DNA of 64,000 nucleotides from an uncultured Eubacteriales bacterium (lineage in GTDB: Bacteria; Bacillota; Clostridia; TANB77; UBA1234): NCBI GenBank assembly GCA_959598745.1, contig CAUGFN010000001.1, forward strand, positions 3,713 to 67,712, given 5' to 3'. Under the pieces are notes generated by a model. That model saw nothing but the letters and a program-made list of their open reading frames with translations. It did not search any database and was not told where the DNA came from. Shown here in pieces: positions 1-10,332 of this stretch (its first letter is position 1; each line of letters opens with the position of its first letter). A program made the position numbers and the translations under genes.

Positions 1-2388
1 CCAGGTATCGACCACGCAAGTATCGCAACAGAGGCAAAAATAGTTGAACAAATGCGTAAAGAGGGTATTTCAAAAGAAGACATAGGAAGAGATGGATTCT
101 TAGAAAGAGCATGGGCTTGGAAAGAAAAATATGGTGGAACAATTTTAAATCAGCTTCGTAAAATGGGTGTTTCTTGTGATTGGTCTAGAGTTAGTTTCAC
201 AATGGATGAACATTTGACAAAAGCAGTAAAGAAAGTTTTTGTTGATTTATACAATAAAGGCTTAATTTATAAAGGCGAGAGAATGATAAACTGGTGTCCT
301 AAATGTTTGACTTCTATTTCTGATGCGGAAGTTGAATACGAAGAAGAGGCTGGTCATTTATGGCACATAAGATATGATGCACCAGATAAAAGCTATTCTA
401 TAATTGTTGCTACAACAAGACCTGAGACAATGCTTGGAGATACAGCAATAGCAGTACATCCAGATGATGAAAGATACAAAGATATTGTTGGAAAAACAGT
501 TGTACTTCCAATAATGAATAAAGAAATTCCAATAATTGCAGATACATATGTAGAGAAAGAATTCGGAACAGGTGCCGTTAAAATAACTCCAGCACACGAT
601 CCAAATGACTTTGAAGTAGGCTTGCGTCACAACTTAGAGGTTATAAAAGTATTTACAGAAGACGCTCATATGAATGGTTTAGTTGCTAAGTACGAAGGAA
701 TGGATAGATTAACAGCTAGAAAAGCAATTGTTGAAGATTTAGAGAAATTAGGATGCCTAGTAAAAACAGAAAATTACACACATAATGTTGGAAAATGTTA
801 TAGATGTCATGAGACAGTTGAGCCAGCAGTTTCAAATCAATGGTTTGTGAGCATGAAAGAACTTGCAAAGCCAGCAAATGAAGCTGTTAGAAATGGTGAG
901 ATGAAATTTATACCCGAGAGATTCGATAAAATCTATTTCTCATGGATGGATAATGTTAGAGATTGGTGTATATCTAGACAATTATGGTGGGGACACAGAA
1001 TACCAGCATATTATTGTGATGATTGCGGAGAAATGGTTGTATCTGAAACAGACGTTACAACATGTCCAAAATGTGGCGGAAAAATGAGACAAGATGAAGA
1101 TACACTAGACACATGGTTTAGCTCTGCGTTATGGCCATTTGCAACACTTGGTTGGCCGGAAAAAACAAAGGATTTTGAAAAGTTCTTCCCAACAGATGTA
1201 TTAGTAACAGGTTACGATATAATATTCTTCTGGGTTGCTAGAATGTTATTCTCTAGTATCGAAAATACAGGAAAGCCACCATTTAAAGAGGTTTTAATCC
1301 ATGGATTGGTAAGAGATGAGCAAGGTAGAAAAATGTCAAAATCATTGGGAAATGGTGTAAATCCACTAGATGTTATAGATAAGTATGGTGCGGATTCATT
1401 TAGATATGCATTAGTACAAGGAACAACACCAGGTAATGATACAAGATATTTGCCAGACAAGGTAGAAGCTGGTAGAAACTTTGCAAATAAGCTTTGGAAT
1501 GCGTCAAGATTTGCAATGATGAATTTTGGAGAAGATGAATTAGTTCATGATGAAAGTAAAATGACAATTGAAGATAAATGGATAATATCTAAAGCTAATA
1601 GAACTGTAAAAGAAGTTACAGAGGCAATGGATAAATATGATTTTGGTATAGCAATTCAAAAAATAATGGACTTTACGAGAGATGAGCTTTGTGACTGGTA
1701 TATAGAGATGATTAAGCCAAGACTTTACGACATGACAAACGAAACAAGAAGCGAGGCTTTATATACAATAAACGAGATATTAAAAATTTCGCTTAAATTA
1801 TTGCATCCATTTATGCCATTTATAACAGAAGAAATATATATGAAATTAGATCATAGCGATGAAAGCATAATGATTTCAAAGTGGCCTGAATATAAGGCTG
1901 AAAACGATTATAAGGCAGAAGAAAACGATGTTGAGCTAATAAAAGAAATTATCAAAAATATAAGAAATATCCGTGCTAATATGAATGTTGTACCATCAAG
2001 AAAAGCAAGTTTGATTTTTGTTACAGAAAATGAAAAGGTAATTGAAGAGGGAAGAGGATTTATTGAAAAATTAGCATATGCAGATAAAATAACAATACAA
2101 AAAGATAAAACAGGAATCGCAGATAATGCAGTTTCAATAGCAGTTCCAGGAATAGAAATATATATTCCATTTAATGAATTAGTAGATATTAGTGCCGAAA
2201 TAGAAAGACTTGAAAAAGAAAAGTTAACATATCAAAATGAAATAAACAGAGTAGAAAAAATGCTATCAAATGAAGGATTTGTTGCAAAGGCACCAGCAGC
2301 AAAAATAGAAGAAGAAAAGAATAAAAAAATAAAATATCAAGAATTACTTGCAAAAACAGAAGAAAGAATAAATGCTTTAAAGGCATAG
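1..2388 (+). CDS. valS: valine--tRNA ligase, 5'-truncated at window edge
   Basis: Long ORF (ORF track 52..2388, reading frame open to base 1); KMSKS motif (KMSKSLGN), C-terminal coiled-coil tail and zinc-knuckle CPKC...CPKCGG typical of ValRS. Confidence 0.93.
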   Translation, partial: PGIDHASIATEAKIVEQMRKEGISKEDIGRDGFLERAWAWKEKYGGTILNQLRKMGVSCDWSRVSFTMDEHLTKAVKKVFVDLYNKGLIYKGERMINWCPKCLTSISDAEVEYEEEAGHLWHIRYDAPDKSYSIIVATTRPETMLGDTAIAVHPDDERYKDIVGKTVVLPIMNKEIPIIADTYVEKEFGTGAVKITPAHDPNDFEVGLRHNLEVIKVFTEDAHMNGLVAKYEGMDRLTARKAIVEDLEKLGCLVKTENYTHNVGKCYRCHETVEPAVSNQWFVSMKELAKPANEAVRNGEMKFIPERFDKIYFSWMDNVRDWCISRQLWWGHRIPAYYCDDCGEMVVSETDVTTCPKCGGKMRQDEDTLDTWFSSALWPFATLGWPEKTKDFEKFFPTDVLVTGYDIIFFWVARMLFSSIENTGKPPFKEVLIHGLVRDEQGRKMSKSLGNGVNPLDVIDKYGADSFRYALVQGTTPGNDTRYLPDKVEAGRNFANKLWNASRFAMMNFGEDELVHDESKMTIEDKWIISKANRTVKEVTEAMDKYDFGIAIQKIMDFTRDELCDWYIEMIKPRLYDMTNETRSEALYTINEILKISLKLLHPFMPFITEEIYMKLDHSDESIMISKWPEYKAENDYKAEENDVELIKEIIKNIRNIRANMNVVPSRKASLIFVTENEKVIEEGRGFIEKLAYADKITIQKDKTGIADNAVSIAVPGIEIYIPFNELVDISAEIERLEKEKLTYQNEINRVEKMLSNEGFVAKAPAAKIEEEKNKKIKYQELLAKTEERINALKA

Positions 2389-2605
2389 ACTACAATAATA
2401 TAAGGTGAAATTATTTGTAATATCAGATAGGAAAGACATCGAATAAATGCTTGATAAGATATTACAAATATAAAAGTTAAGTGAAAATAAGTAGGAAATA
2501 CATGTAATAAGTAGTTCCTACTTATTTTGATGATAAAAAATGGAGGATATTTATTTTTAAATCGTTAGATAGAGGTAAAAATATCCAATTGCATTACATA
2601 ATTAG

Positions 2606-2634
2606 TTGACTGCTTTTTGAAAATGTGTTATAAT
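2606..2634 (+). promoter_or_regulatory. Consensus sigma-A promoter: TTGACT - 17 nt - TATAAT
   Basis: TTGACT at 2606-2611 and TATAAT at 2629-2634 with a 17-nt spacer. Sits upstream of the GC-rich small ORF, which has AGGAGG 8 nt before its ATG. Confidence 0.55.
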
Positions 2635-2705
2635 ATAAACACGCACATACTTAATAAAAGCTAGAGGTTTATTCTTCTAGTAAGAATTTTTAGGAGGGCA
2701 TAGTT

Positions 2706-2933
2706 ATGTGTAATCCATATGAGGTCAATCGTTTTAAAGGTGCAAGAAGTCGGAAGTTTGTGGTAAGCGGTTTGCCGTTCAAGTATCCCGACATCGTCGA
2801 CCTTATCGAGAAGGCCCGATGTGAGTGTATCGAAGAGGGGAACACCAGTAAACGCGAGGAGCTGTACAAGTTCTTTTGCATTGATGGTGACTTTCCAAAG
2901 GCGGAGTTCGAAAGGCTTTGGCCGCAAGGCTAG
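2706..2933 (+). CDS. Small GC-rich ORFan (75 aa) with perfect RBS; may instead, or also, be a structured sRNA
   Basis: AGGAGG-N8-ATG, own consensus promoter, intrinsic terminator directly after the TAG stop. About 50% GC with G/C-rich third codon positions in a ~30% GC genome. No family recognised. Confidence 0.4.
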   Translation: MCNPYEVNRFKGARSRKFVVSGLPFKYPDIVDLIEKARCECIEEGNTSKREELYKFFCIDGDFPKAEFERLWPQG

Positions 2934-2958
2934 GCTTATTAGATACGCCGGATGCACC

Positions 2959-2989
2959 TTCCCCCATTTATATGGGGGTTCTTTTTTTA
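2959..2989 (+). terminator. Rho-independent terminator (CCCCCAT...ATGGGGG followed by T-run)
   Basis: Perfect GC-rich stem followed by TTCTTTTTTT immediately after the small-ORF stop codon. Confidence 0.75.
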
Positions 2990-3012
2990 TGATAAAATAA
3001 ATTTATAATAAT

Positions 3013-3040
3013 AAAAAACCTTCCATGCGGAAGGCTTTTT
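3013..3040. terminator. Bidirectional hairpin terminator (AAAAAACCTTCC-ATGC-GGAAGGCTTTTT)
   Basis: A/T runs on both sides of a GC stem, lying between convergent genes. Confidence 0.7.
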
Positions 3041-3056
3041 AAATGATAGAAGTTGA

Positions 3057-3935
3057 TTAAGCACAAAAAATATTCAGTTTATGCATAATCTCATTTTCTT
3101 TGTCAGATAAATCTACTTTTTCAAATGAATGATATTTTTCTTCAAAAAAATCATCCAAAAGAATACAAAAACTACAAAATTCGCCATTTCCCATTTTTTC
3201 ATCGAAATCATCGATGATATTGTCGAATGAGAAAGAAATTATGCTAGTCCAAAACAGATTGAAGTACGCCATTCCATCGCTGTCAAAAGTGACGGAGTCA
3301 ATTTTGTTTGTGTCCAGAATACTTTTTCCATAATATGTTTCAAGTTTATAAATTATTGATCTCTCAAAATTGTCGCTAGAAAAGATTGTATCAAACTGCT
3401 TTGTTTCATCAGTATACTCAGAAATTTTGCCAACTATAAAGAAAGCCAAGTAGTCAGCAAGCATTTCTTCTAATGATGAGCCATACGTTAAATCGTTCCC
3501 TACAAAGCGTGTTACAGCAGAATAATTTGTGCTATCATCATGTGCTTTGCCTGAGAGAGAAAAAGCGTCGTATGGATTCAAAAAGAGAAAGTGTGCAAAT
3601 TCGTGAGCAATTACATATGCTATGTACTTTGTTGAATCATTAGGATTTATAAATAGTTTAATCTCAATAGCGTTTGAACAAGCATCGTTTGTGCAAGAGC
3701 CAATAGACCTCGAAAATGCTATTGGAGAGATAGAGACTTTAAGCTCGGATAATTTGCTCTGAAAAACGAAAGCATTTTCAAGGGAGTTGATGTACTCAAG
3801 AATCACTTTATTTACAATATCTTTCGCAAACTTCACATTTTCTTTTTGGACTTCAAAGTTTTTAAACAAGGTATTAACCTTCCTTTCATTTTTTATTAAA
3901 TAATATTCCGAGATAGTATTATACCAAAAAGTCAA
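3057..3935 (-). CDS. Hypothetical protein with HExxH zinc-metallopeptidase motif (HEFAH), 292 aa
   Basis: ORF track; the motif VIAHEFAHFLF is seen in the translation. Possibly ImmA/IrrE-like, but not confidently assigned. Confidence 0.45.
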   Translation of the reverse strand: MTFWYNTISEYYLIKNERKVNTLFKNFEVQKENVKFAKDIVNKVILEYINSLENAFVFQSKLSELKVSISPIAFSRSIGSCTNDACSNAIEIKLFINPNDSTKYIAYVIAHEFAHFLFLNPYDAFSLSGKAHDDSTNYSAVTRFVGNDLTYGSSLEEMLADYLAFFIVGKISEYTDETKQFDTIFSSDNFERSIIYKLETYYGKSILDTNKIDSVTFDSDGMAYFNLFWTSIISFSFDNIIDDFDEKMGNGEFCSFCILLDDFFEEKYHSFEKVDLSDKENEIMHKLNIFCA

Positions 3936-4088
3936 GCAGAAGTCAATTATGTAAACGAAAAACTTTTAAAAATTAGTTTACTAAATTTTTTGACTTTTAC
4001 CATTATTTGTGATATAATGTAAACGTGCCGTAAGGAAAGGAAAGATTTTCTTACAATAACATAATACGGAAGTTAGGGAGTGATACTG

Positions 4089-4598
4089 ATGTTTAAAGTA
4101 GGAGACAAGATAGTATATCCAATGCATGGTGCAGGAACAATTGAATCTATAGAAGAGCGTGAAATACTAGGAGAAAAACAAAAATATTACATAATGAAGA
4201 TGCCTGTTGGAGACATAAAAGTTATGGTACCAACGAAAAATGCTGAATTAATCGGCGTAAGAGATGTAATCGGTGGAGACGTGGCAGAAAGTGTATTAGA
4301 CGTTCTTAGTGCTATGCCAACGGATATGTCTTCTAATTGGAACAAAAGATATAGAGACAATCAGGACAAGATGAAGAGTGGCGATATATGTGAAGTTGCA
4401 GATGTTGTCAGAAACTTAACTTTCAGACAAAAAGACAAAGGGCTTGCTACTGGCGAGAAAAAGATGCTATCAAATGCAAAACAAATACTTATAAGCGAGC
4501 TAGTTTTGGCTGAAGCTATGACAAAAGAACAAGTTGAAGCCTTGATTGATGAGAAAATAGAAGAAGCGTACAATTCTTCTAAAGACGTGTTAGTTTAA
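4089..4598 (+). CDS. carD: CarD/CdnL family RNA-polymerase-binding transcription factor
   Basis: N-terminal MFKVGDKIVYPMHGAGTIE... is a typical CarD_CdnL_TRCF domain. AGGGAG RBS before the ATG at 4089; consensus promoter TTGACT-17-TGnTATAAT at 3990-4018. Confidence 0.8.
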   Translation: MFKVGDKIVYPMHGAGTIESIEEREILGEKQKYYIMKMPVGDIKVMVPTKNAELIGVRDVIGGDVAESVLDVLSAMPTDMSSNWNKRYRDNQDKMKSGDICEVADVVRNLTFRQKDKGLATGEKKMLSNAKQILISELVLAEAMTKEQVEALIDEKIEEAYNSSKDVLV

Positions 4599-4906
4599 GA
4601 GCGGATTTTTTAAGAATGTAACCTCAAGTTTATATAATTTGAGGTTACATTTTTTTAATTAATTTAAGAGTAACCCCCAGTTATACGGGATAACTATTTT
4701 ATGTATAAATAAGCTTTTTTAAAATAATTTTCATGTTTGGTTCTTTTTTAGCAACTAACCATATTATTACACCTGAGATTATAAACTTTCTGCTTGTTAA
4801 TTGTAATTGATATGTTTGTATAAAATGTATTCGCTATATTTAATCTTGTAATTTTTTTTATAAAATATATAATATATCTTATATACTAATATAAGGAGAG
4901 GATTAC

Positions 4907-5413
4907 ATGTCAGAGATAGTTTATGATGATAATGGTAAAATATTGGAAGGAACTTTGATAAAATATTATGAAGATGGCAAGATATTGTCTGAGACACCAT
5001 ATAAAAATGGAATGATTAACGGAACAGTTGTTGAATATTATTACAGTGGAGTTGTAAGTAGTAAGAGCGAATATGTAGATGATGTACTAAATGGAACAAC
5101 ATATGTATATTATAATTCTGGCGTTGTTTCGGAAGAAATACCGTATAGAAATGGAAGAATTAATGGTATTAAAAAGAGATTTTTTGAAAGCGGAGCAATT
5201 GCGGAAGAAGCTAGTTATTCAAGGGATATTTTGGATGGCGAGGTAAAAACATATGATTTAAACGGAAATGTAATAGATACAAAATATTTTAGAAAAGGAG
5301 AAACAATAGAAAAAGAGGATGTTGGAAAATTGAGAGCACAACTAGAAAAAGAAAAGGAAGAAAAGACAAAGATAGAATATTTAAATGATGAAGAGATGAA
5401 AAGATTGCTATAA
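4907..5413 (+). CDS. MORN-repeat / YwqK-like repeat protein, 168 aa
   Basis: Repeated Y..G......Y.NG.ING motifs are visible in the translation. Confidence 0.5.
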   Translation: MSEIVYDDNGKILEGTLIKYYEDGKILSETPYKNGMINGTVVEYYYSGVVSSKSEYVDDVLNGTTYVYYNSGVVSEEIPYRNGRINGIKKRFFESGAIAEEASYSRDILDGEVKTYDLNGNVIDTKYFRKGETIEKEDVGKLRAQLEKEKEEKTKIEYLNDEEMKRLL

Positions 5414-5586
5414 TAACTGCTTTTATGCATATTTGAACTAACATATTAACTATTGACAACGTAAGCTTTTATAGATAAAATAGAATGGCAGTGAAATATA
5501 TTATTCAAAAGATTGTTGTGATTTTGAGTATTGGGTAGATACTTTAAATAATAATATATTGAACATTGAAAAGTAAATAAAGGGAG

Positions 5587-7179
5587 GTGGACGATATTTT
5601 TACTAGAGAAATGATTGTCCCTTCTATTATTGTCGCTATTATTACAGCAGCGATTGTAATTTTTATTTTCTTTTTGCTAGAAAAAAATAAGACCAAAAAA
5701 GGGTTATCTAAAATCAAAAATGCCGAAGAAGAAGCTGAAAGATTAAAGAATGAAGCTAGAAACAAGGCATCAGAGATTGTTAGAATAGCTGAGGCAGAAA
5801 GGAAAGAAAAAGTTATTTTAGCTAAAGAAGAAATACAAAAAGAACGTGGAGATTTAGAAGGCGAAATAAGAGAGAGAAGGGCAGAAGTAGCAAAGCAAGA
5901 GAAGAGATTACTTCAAAAAGAAGAGACTTTAGATAAAAAAATCGAAAAATTAGAAGGAAAAGAAATTGAGTTATTGGATAAGGAACGAAAATTAGAAGAA
6001 GAAAAGGACGAACTTGGAAAATTTAAGGACAAGCAATTGGCTGAATTAGAAAGAATTTCTGGTTTATCACAAGAAGAAGCGAAAAAATATCTTCTAAGCA
6101 CATTAAATGAATCTTTGGCACATGATCAAGCTGTTATGATAAAAGAGTTTGAGAATAAGACAAAGGAAGAAGCTAACAAGAAAGCGAAAGAGTTAATTAC
6201 TTATGCAGTTCAAAAGTGTGCGGCTGACCATACATCTGAAACTACAGTTTCTGTTGTACCTTTGCCAAGCGATGATATGAAAGGTAGAATTATCGGAAGG
6301 GAAGGTAGAAATATCAAAACTCTAGAAACTCTAACTGGAATTGATTTGATTATTGATGATACACCAGAGGCTGTTATTTTATCAAGCTTCGATCCTATAA
6401 GACGTGAGGTTGCTAGAATAGCTCTTGAAAACCTAGTTACAGATGGTAGAATTCATCCTGCTAGAATAGAAGAGATGGTGGAAAAAGCCAAAGAAGAACT
6501 TGAAATTATAATCAAAGAAGAAGGCGAAGAAGCATCTATGGAAACTGGTGTTATAGGCTTACATCCAGATGTAATTAAGCTAATTGGCAAGTTAAAATAT
6601 AGAACAAGTTATGGACAAAATGTATTAAATCACTCTATAGAAGTTTCGCAATTGGCTGGTATTATGGCAGAAGAGTTAGGATTTGATCCTAAGCTTGCAA
6701 AAAGAGCGGGATTACTTCATGATATTGGTAAAGCAATAGACCATGAAATAGAAGGTACACATGTTGAAATTGGTGTTGACATCCTTAGAAAATATAAGGA
6801 AAGTAATGCTGTTATCAACGCAGTACAAGCTCACCATGGTGATGTTGAGCCATTAACAATGGAGGCTGTCTTAGTTCAAGCAGCAGATGCAATCTCTGCT
6901 TCGAGACCAGGTGCTAGAAGAGAAACTTTAGAGAATTATATTAAGAGACTTGAAAAATTAGAAGAAATTGCTGATTCTTTTGAAGGCGTTGAAAAATCTT
7001 TTGCAATTCAAGCAGGTCGTGAAGTTAGAATAATTGTAAAACCTGAAACTATTGATGAAGACAAGATGACAATTATGGCAAGAGACATTGCAAAGAGAAT
7101 AGAAGAAGAAATGGATTATCCAGGACAAATAAAAGTAAATGTTATAAGAGAGACTAGAGCAATAGAATACGCAAAATAA
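5587..7179 (+). CDS. rny: Ribonuclease Y
   Basis: N-terminal TM helix, long coiled coil, KH domain ([11 protein letters not shown]) and HD domain (LLHDIGK...HH). Start codon uncertain (GTG at 5587 or ATG at 5611). Confidence 0.9.
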   Translation: MDDIFTREMIVPSIIVAIITAAIVIFIFFLLEKNKTKKGLSKIKNAEEEAERLKNEARNKASEIVRIAEAERKEKVILAKEEIQKERGDLEGEIRERRAEVAKQEKRLLQKEETLDKKIEKLEGKEIELLDKERKLEEEKDELGKFKDKQLAELERISGLSQEEAKKYLLSTLNESLAHDQAVMIKEFENKTKEEANKKAKELITYAVQKCAADHTSETTVSVVPLPSDDMKGRIIGREGRNIKTLETLTGIDLIIDDTPEAVILSSFDPIRREVARIALENLVTDGRIHPARIEEMVEKAKEELEIIIKEEGEEASMETGVIGLHPDVIKLIGKLKYRTSYGQNVLNHSIEVSQLAGIMAEELGFDPKLAKRAGLLHDIGKAIDHEIEGTHVEIGVDILRKYKESNAVINAVQAHHGDVEPLTMEAVLVQAADAISASRPGARRETLENYIKRLEKLEEIADSFEGVEKSFAIQAGREVRIIVKPETIDEDKMTIMARDIAKRIEEEMDYPGQIKVNVIRETRAIEYAK

Positions 7180-7302
7180 AAAAGTAGGAGATGAACTTAG
7201 AAGGTTTGTCTCCTTTTCTTTTTATTTAAATTATGATATACTTTGAAAGGTAGGAAAATACTCTATTAAAAGTATTTAGTATGAATGTTAAGGAGGCTAA
7301 TT

Positions 7303-8079
7303 ATGAATTTTTTAATTATTGGAGATATCGTTGGAAAAGTTGGCATCGAAGCTGTTAAGAAAAACATATCAAAACTAAAAGAAAAATATAATATAGATTT
7401 TACAATAGCTAATGGTGAGAATTCAGCAGATGGTATGGGAATTACTAAGAATATAGTAAATGATCTATATGCATGTGGGGTTGATGCAATAACAATGGGA
7501 AATCACACATGGGGAAAGAAGGATATTTTCTCATTTATAGATGAAGATGAACGATTAGTTAGACCAGCAAATTATGCAGAAGGAGTATGCGGAAAAGGCA
7601 GTATATTACTACACTCAAAAGACAAAAAGATTGGTATTATAAATTTAATTGGTAGAGTGGATATGGGCGGAAGTTATGATAGTCCTTTTGTTGCTGCTGA
7701 TAAAGAGGTTGATAAGCTAAAGAAAAATGGTGCAGATATAATTATTGTTGATTTTCATGCTGAAGCTACTGCAGAAAAAATTGCACTTGCATATTATTTG
7801 AAAGACAAAGTTAATATTTTTTTTGGAACTCATACTCATGTACAAACAGCAGACGAGAAGATATATGATACAGGAATGGGATACATAACAGACGTTGGTA
7901 TGACGGGACCTAAGAATTCAATTATAGGTATGAATATCGAAGCAGCAATGAAAAGATTTTTGACACAAATTCCGGAAAGATATTCTTGTGCAGAAGGACC
8001 ATTTATGTTAAATGGCGTTGTATTTAACTTTGATGAAATAAGTAAAAAGGTAACGGATATTACAAGAATAAGTCTATAA
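7303..8079 (+). CDS. ymdB: YmdB-like metallophosphoesterase (TIGR00282 family)
   Basis: MNFLIIGDIVGK...GNHTWGKK motifs; conserved position after rny; AAGGAGG RBS. Confidence 0.85.
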   Translation: MNFLIIGDIVGKVGIEAVKKNISKLKEKYNIDFTIANGENSADGMGITKNIVNDLYACGVDAITMGNHTWGKKDIFSFIDEDERLVRPANYAEGVCGKGSILLHSKDKKIGIINLIGRVDMGGSYDSPFVAADKEVDKLKKNGADIIIVDFHAEATAEKIALAYYLKDKVNIFFGTHTHVQTADEKIYDTGMGYITDVGMTGPKNSIIGMNIEAAMKRFLTQIPERYSCAEGPFMLNGVVFNFDEISKKVTDITRISL

Positions 8080-8208
8080 AGGCCTAAATATAGCGATTTT
8101 TGTCAATCGATTCTCTAAGTTTTTATTGGAAAATACTGGCTTTTTATATAAAACTTTATATAATTTATAGTGTAGTAAGTAATCAAAATAAAAACAAGGA
8201 GGAATAAC

Positions 8209-8469
8209 ATGGATATTTTAAAAATTTCAACAAAATCAAATCCAAATTCAGTAGCAGGTGCTATAGCAGGATTAATTAAAGAGAAAGGAAGAGCAGAGAT
8301 GCAAGCAATTGGAGCAGGGGCATTAAATCAAGCTATAAAAGCAATAGCTATAGCAAGAGGATTTGTTGCACCATCTGGTGTTGATTTAATTTGCATACCA
8401 GCTTTTACAGAGGTTAAAATCGAGGACGAGGAAAGAACTGGAATAAAATTAGCAGTGGAGCCTAGATAA
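8209..8469 (+). CDS. spoVS: Stage V sporulation protein S
   Basis: 86-aa product MDILKISTKSNPNSVAGAIAG... matches SpoVS. The rny-ymdB-spoVS order is conserved. Confidence 0.9.
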   Translation: MDILKISTKSNPNSVAGAIAGLIKEKGRAEMQAIGAGALNQAIKAIAIARGFVAPSGVDLICIPAFTEVKIEDEERTGIKLAVEPR

Positions 8470-8487
8470 AAATAAATATATACATAT

Positions 8488-8510
8488 GACCGCACCTAGT
8501 GCGGTTTTTT
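8488..8510 (+). terminator. Rho-independent terminator after spoVS
   Basis: GACCGCACCTAGTGCGGTTTTTTG hairpin followed by T-run. Confidence 0.75.
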
Positions 8511-8583
8511 GTTATTCACATAAAAACTTTCTTGAAAAAGATAGTTGGATATTATAGAATGATTTTGAAAAAGAGGTGATTTC

Positions 8584-10161
8584 TTGGGTAAGAAGATTGT
8601 TTTGTTTTTTATATTTGTAGCTATTGTTTTGGGACTTACTGTCGGTATAAAAAGCGTAAAGATAGAAGAAAAAGATGAAGTTGAGCCACAATCATTGTTA
8701 AAAGATGTTAATGAAATTTATAGAGATGAATTGAATATATCTATTTCTGAGTTAGATACATTTAATCCATTAAAAACTAAAAATGCAGATGTAGTAGCAA
8801 TGCTTAATTTAATTTATGAACCATTAATTGCGTACAAGAGTGATGATGAGATAGAGTATGTGCTTGCTGAAAGTTGTACAAGATTAGATGAATGCAACTG
8901 GATTATTAAACTAAGGAATAATGTAAAATGGCATAGTGGAGTAACTTTTACAGCTAATGATGTTGTATTTACGTTTAATATGTTAAGAAGCAATGAGTTA
9001 ACTTACAGTTCGAACGTGAAAAATGTCAATAATATAGAGGTAATAGGAGATGATGCAATAAAAGTTAATCTTTCTTTAGCTGATGATTTCTTTGTTTCTA
9101 AATTAAGTTTTCCAATTGTTCCTGAATACTATTTTAAAGGTGAAAATTTTAATAATGAAAATAGAATTTCTAAAATGGTTGGAACAGGTCCATACAAATT
9201 TGTCAATACGTCAGATGATGTTATAGAATTATCATTTAATAAAAATTGGTGGAAAAAAGATAATGCTAAACTTCAAAAAATTTATGTATATAAATATGCA
9301 ACGTATGGAGAAGCAATAAAAGCATTCAAGTCTGCTGATATTGATTTGATTGTAACAAACATGTCTTCTTGGAAAGAAAAGTTTGGAACAATAGGCGTTA
9401 ATTCATATAGTTTTGAAAATTCAGAATATGAATTGATTATACCGAATTGCAACAATATTTTGCTTGCTGACAATTCTGTAAGAAGAGCAATTCTTCAAGC
9501 AATAAACAGAGAAAATATAATAAACAGTATATATAATGATAATGCAAGTGTTAGTGATATTCCAATTCACACAAACTCAAAAAATAGTATTACTAATGCA
9601 GAATATGATATTGAAAAGGCAAAACAAATTTTAATAAATGCTGGGTGGAGTCAGAGTCAAGATGGTTGGCAAAAAGATATCGAAGGTAAGAAATATTCTT
9701 TACATTTTACTTTGATGGTGAATGCAGACAATAAAGAGAAAATAGCTGTAGCCGAAAAAATAAAAGAAAATCTTAGTGAAATTGGTATACCAATAAGCAT
9801 AAATAAAACATCTATAGAAAATATAAAAAACAATATAAAGCAAGATAAATTTGAGTTGGCACTGTTATCCATTGATATAAAAAACGAAATGTTTACATGC
9901 AGTTTGGTGGAGAACGAAAGTGAAAACAACTATGCAAATTATTCTTCAGAAGCAATGAATTCTATAATCGAAAATTTAAAAGTTGATAACTTGAATTACG
10001 ATGAAAATATTTATACATATTCATTATTATTTAAGAATGATGCACCATATATAGGATTGTATTTTAAGACAAGTACCATTTTAACTAATAAGAGTGTTAA
10101 AGGAAACATAGAACCAACATGGTCGAATTATTTTAGAAATATGACGACATTTTGTAAATGA
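8584..10161 (+). CDS. ABC transporter substrate-binding protein, family 5 (peptide/nickel type), membrane-anchored
   Basis: 525 aa with an N-terminal signal/TM segment and SBP_bac_5-like composition. No adjacent permease or ATPase genes (orphan). Confidence 0.55.
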   Translation: MGKKIVLFFIFVAIVLGLTVGIKSVKIEEKDEVEPQSLLKDVNEIYRDELNISISELDTFNPLKTKNADVVAMLNLIYEPLIAYKSDDEIEYVLAESCTRLDECNWIIKLRNNVKWHSGVTFTANDVVFTFNMLRSNELTYSSNVKNVNNIEVIGDDAIKVNLSLADDFFVSKLSFPIVPEYYFKGENFNNENRISKMVGTGPYKFVNTSDDVIELSFNKNWWKKDNAKLQKIYVYKYATYGEAIKAFKSADIDLIVTNMSSWKEKFGTIGVNSYSFENSEYELIIPNCNNILLADNSVRRAILQAINRENIINSIYNDNASVSDIPIHTNSKNSITNAEYDIEKAKQILINAGWSQSQDGWQKDIEGKKYSLHFTLMVNADNKEKIAVAEKIKENLSEIGIPISINKTSIENIKNNIKQDKFELALLSIDIKNEMFTCSLVENESENNYANYSSEAMNSIIENLKVDNLNYDENIYTYSLLFKNDAPYIGLYFKTSTILTNKSVKGNIEPTWSNYFRNMTTFCK

Positions 10162-10274
10162 TGTGAGACGCGAAATAGCGTATATATCATGCTTTATATT
10201 AAACGTCTTGATGATGAATTTTAAAGTTCTAAAATAATTTTCTGAATAAACGAAAAATTATTCTTGACATTTTA

Positions 10275-10286
10275 GAACGAGTGTTC
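10275..10286 (+). promoter_or_regulatory. LexA (DinR) Cheo box GAACGAGTGTTC in the recA promoter spacer
   Basis: AGAACGAGTGTTCT matches the Firmicute SOS box CGAACNNNNGTTCG. It lies between TTGACA (10265-10270) and TATTAT (10288-10293). Confidence 0.65.
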
Positions 10287-10332
10287 TATTATTTAGTTGT
10301 AGCCAAAAGAGAAGTAATAAAGGAGGTTTATC

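Noticed and set aside
358-630. Numerous 60-180-aa antisense ORFs inside valS, rny, dnaK, secA, polC, the CoA-activase gene and others
   Set aside because: Embedded in confidently identified long genes on the opposite strand; no RBS; typical AT-rich shadow ORFs.
2641-2990. Possible identity of the GC-rich post-valS unit as SRP RNA, RNase P RNA, tmRNA or 6S RNA
   Set aside because: The signature motifs are absent: no GGAAAGTCC / ACAGAA..GGCTTA pair in the right context for RNase P, no AGGTCAGGTCCGGAAGGAAGCAGC for SRP domain IV, and no tmRNA tag ORF or GGGG...CCACCA ends. An ideal RBS-ATG also favours a coding reading. Kept only as an unclassified candidate.
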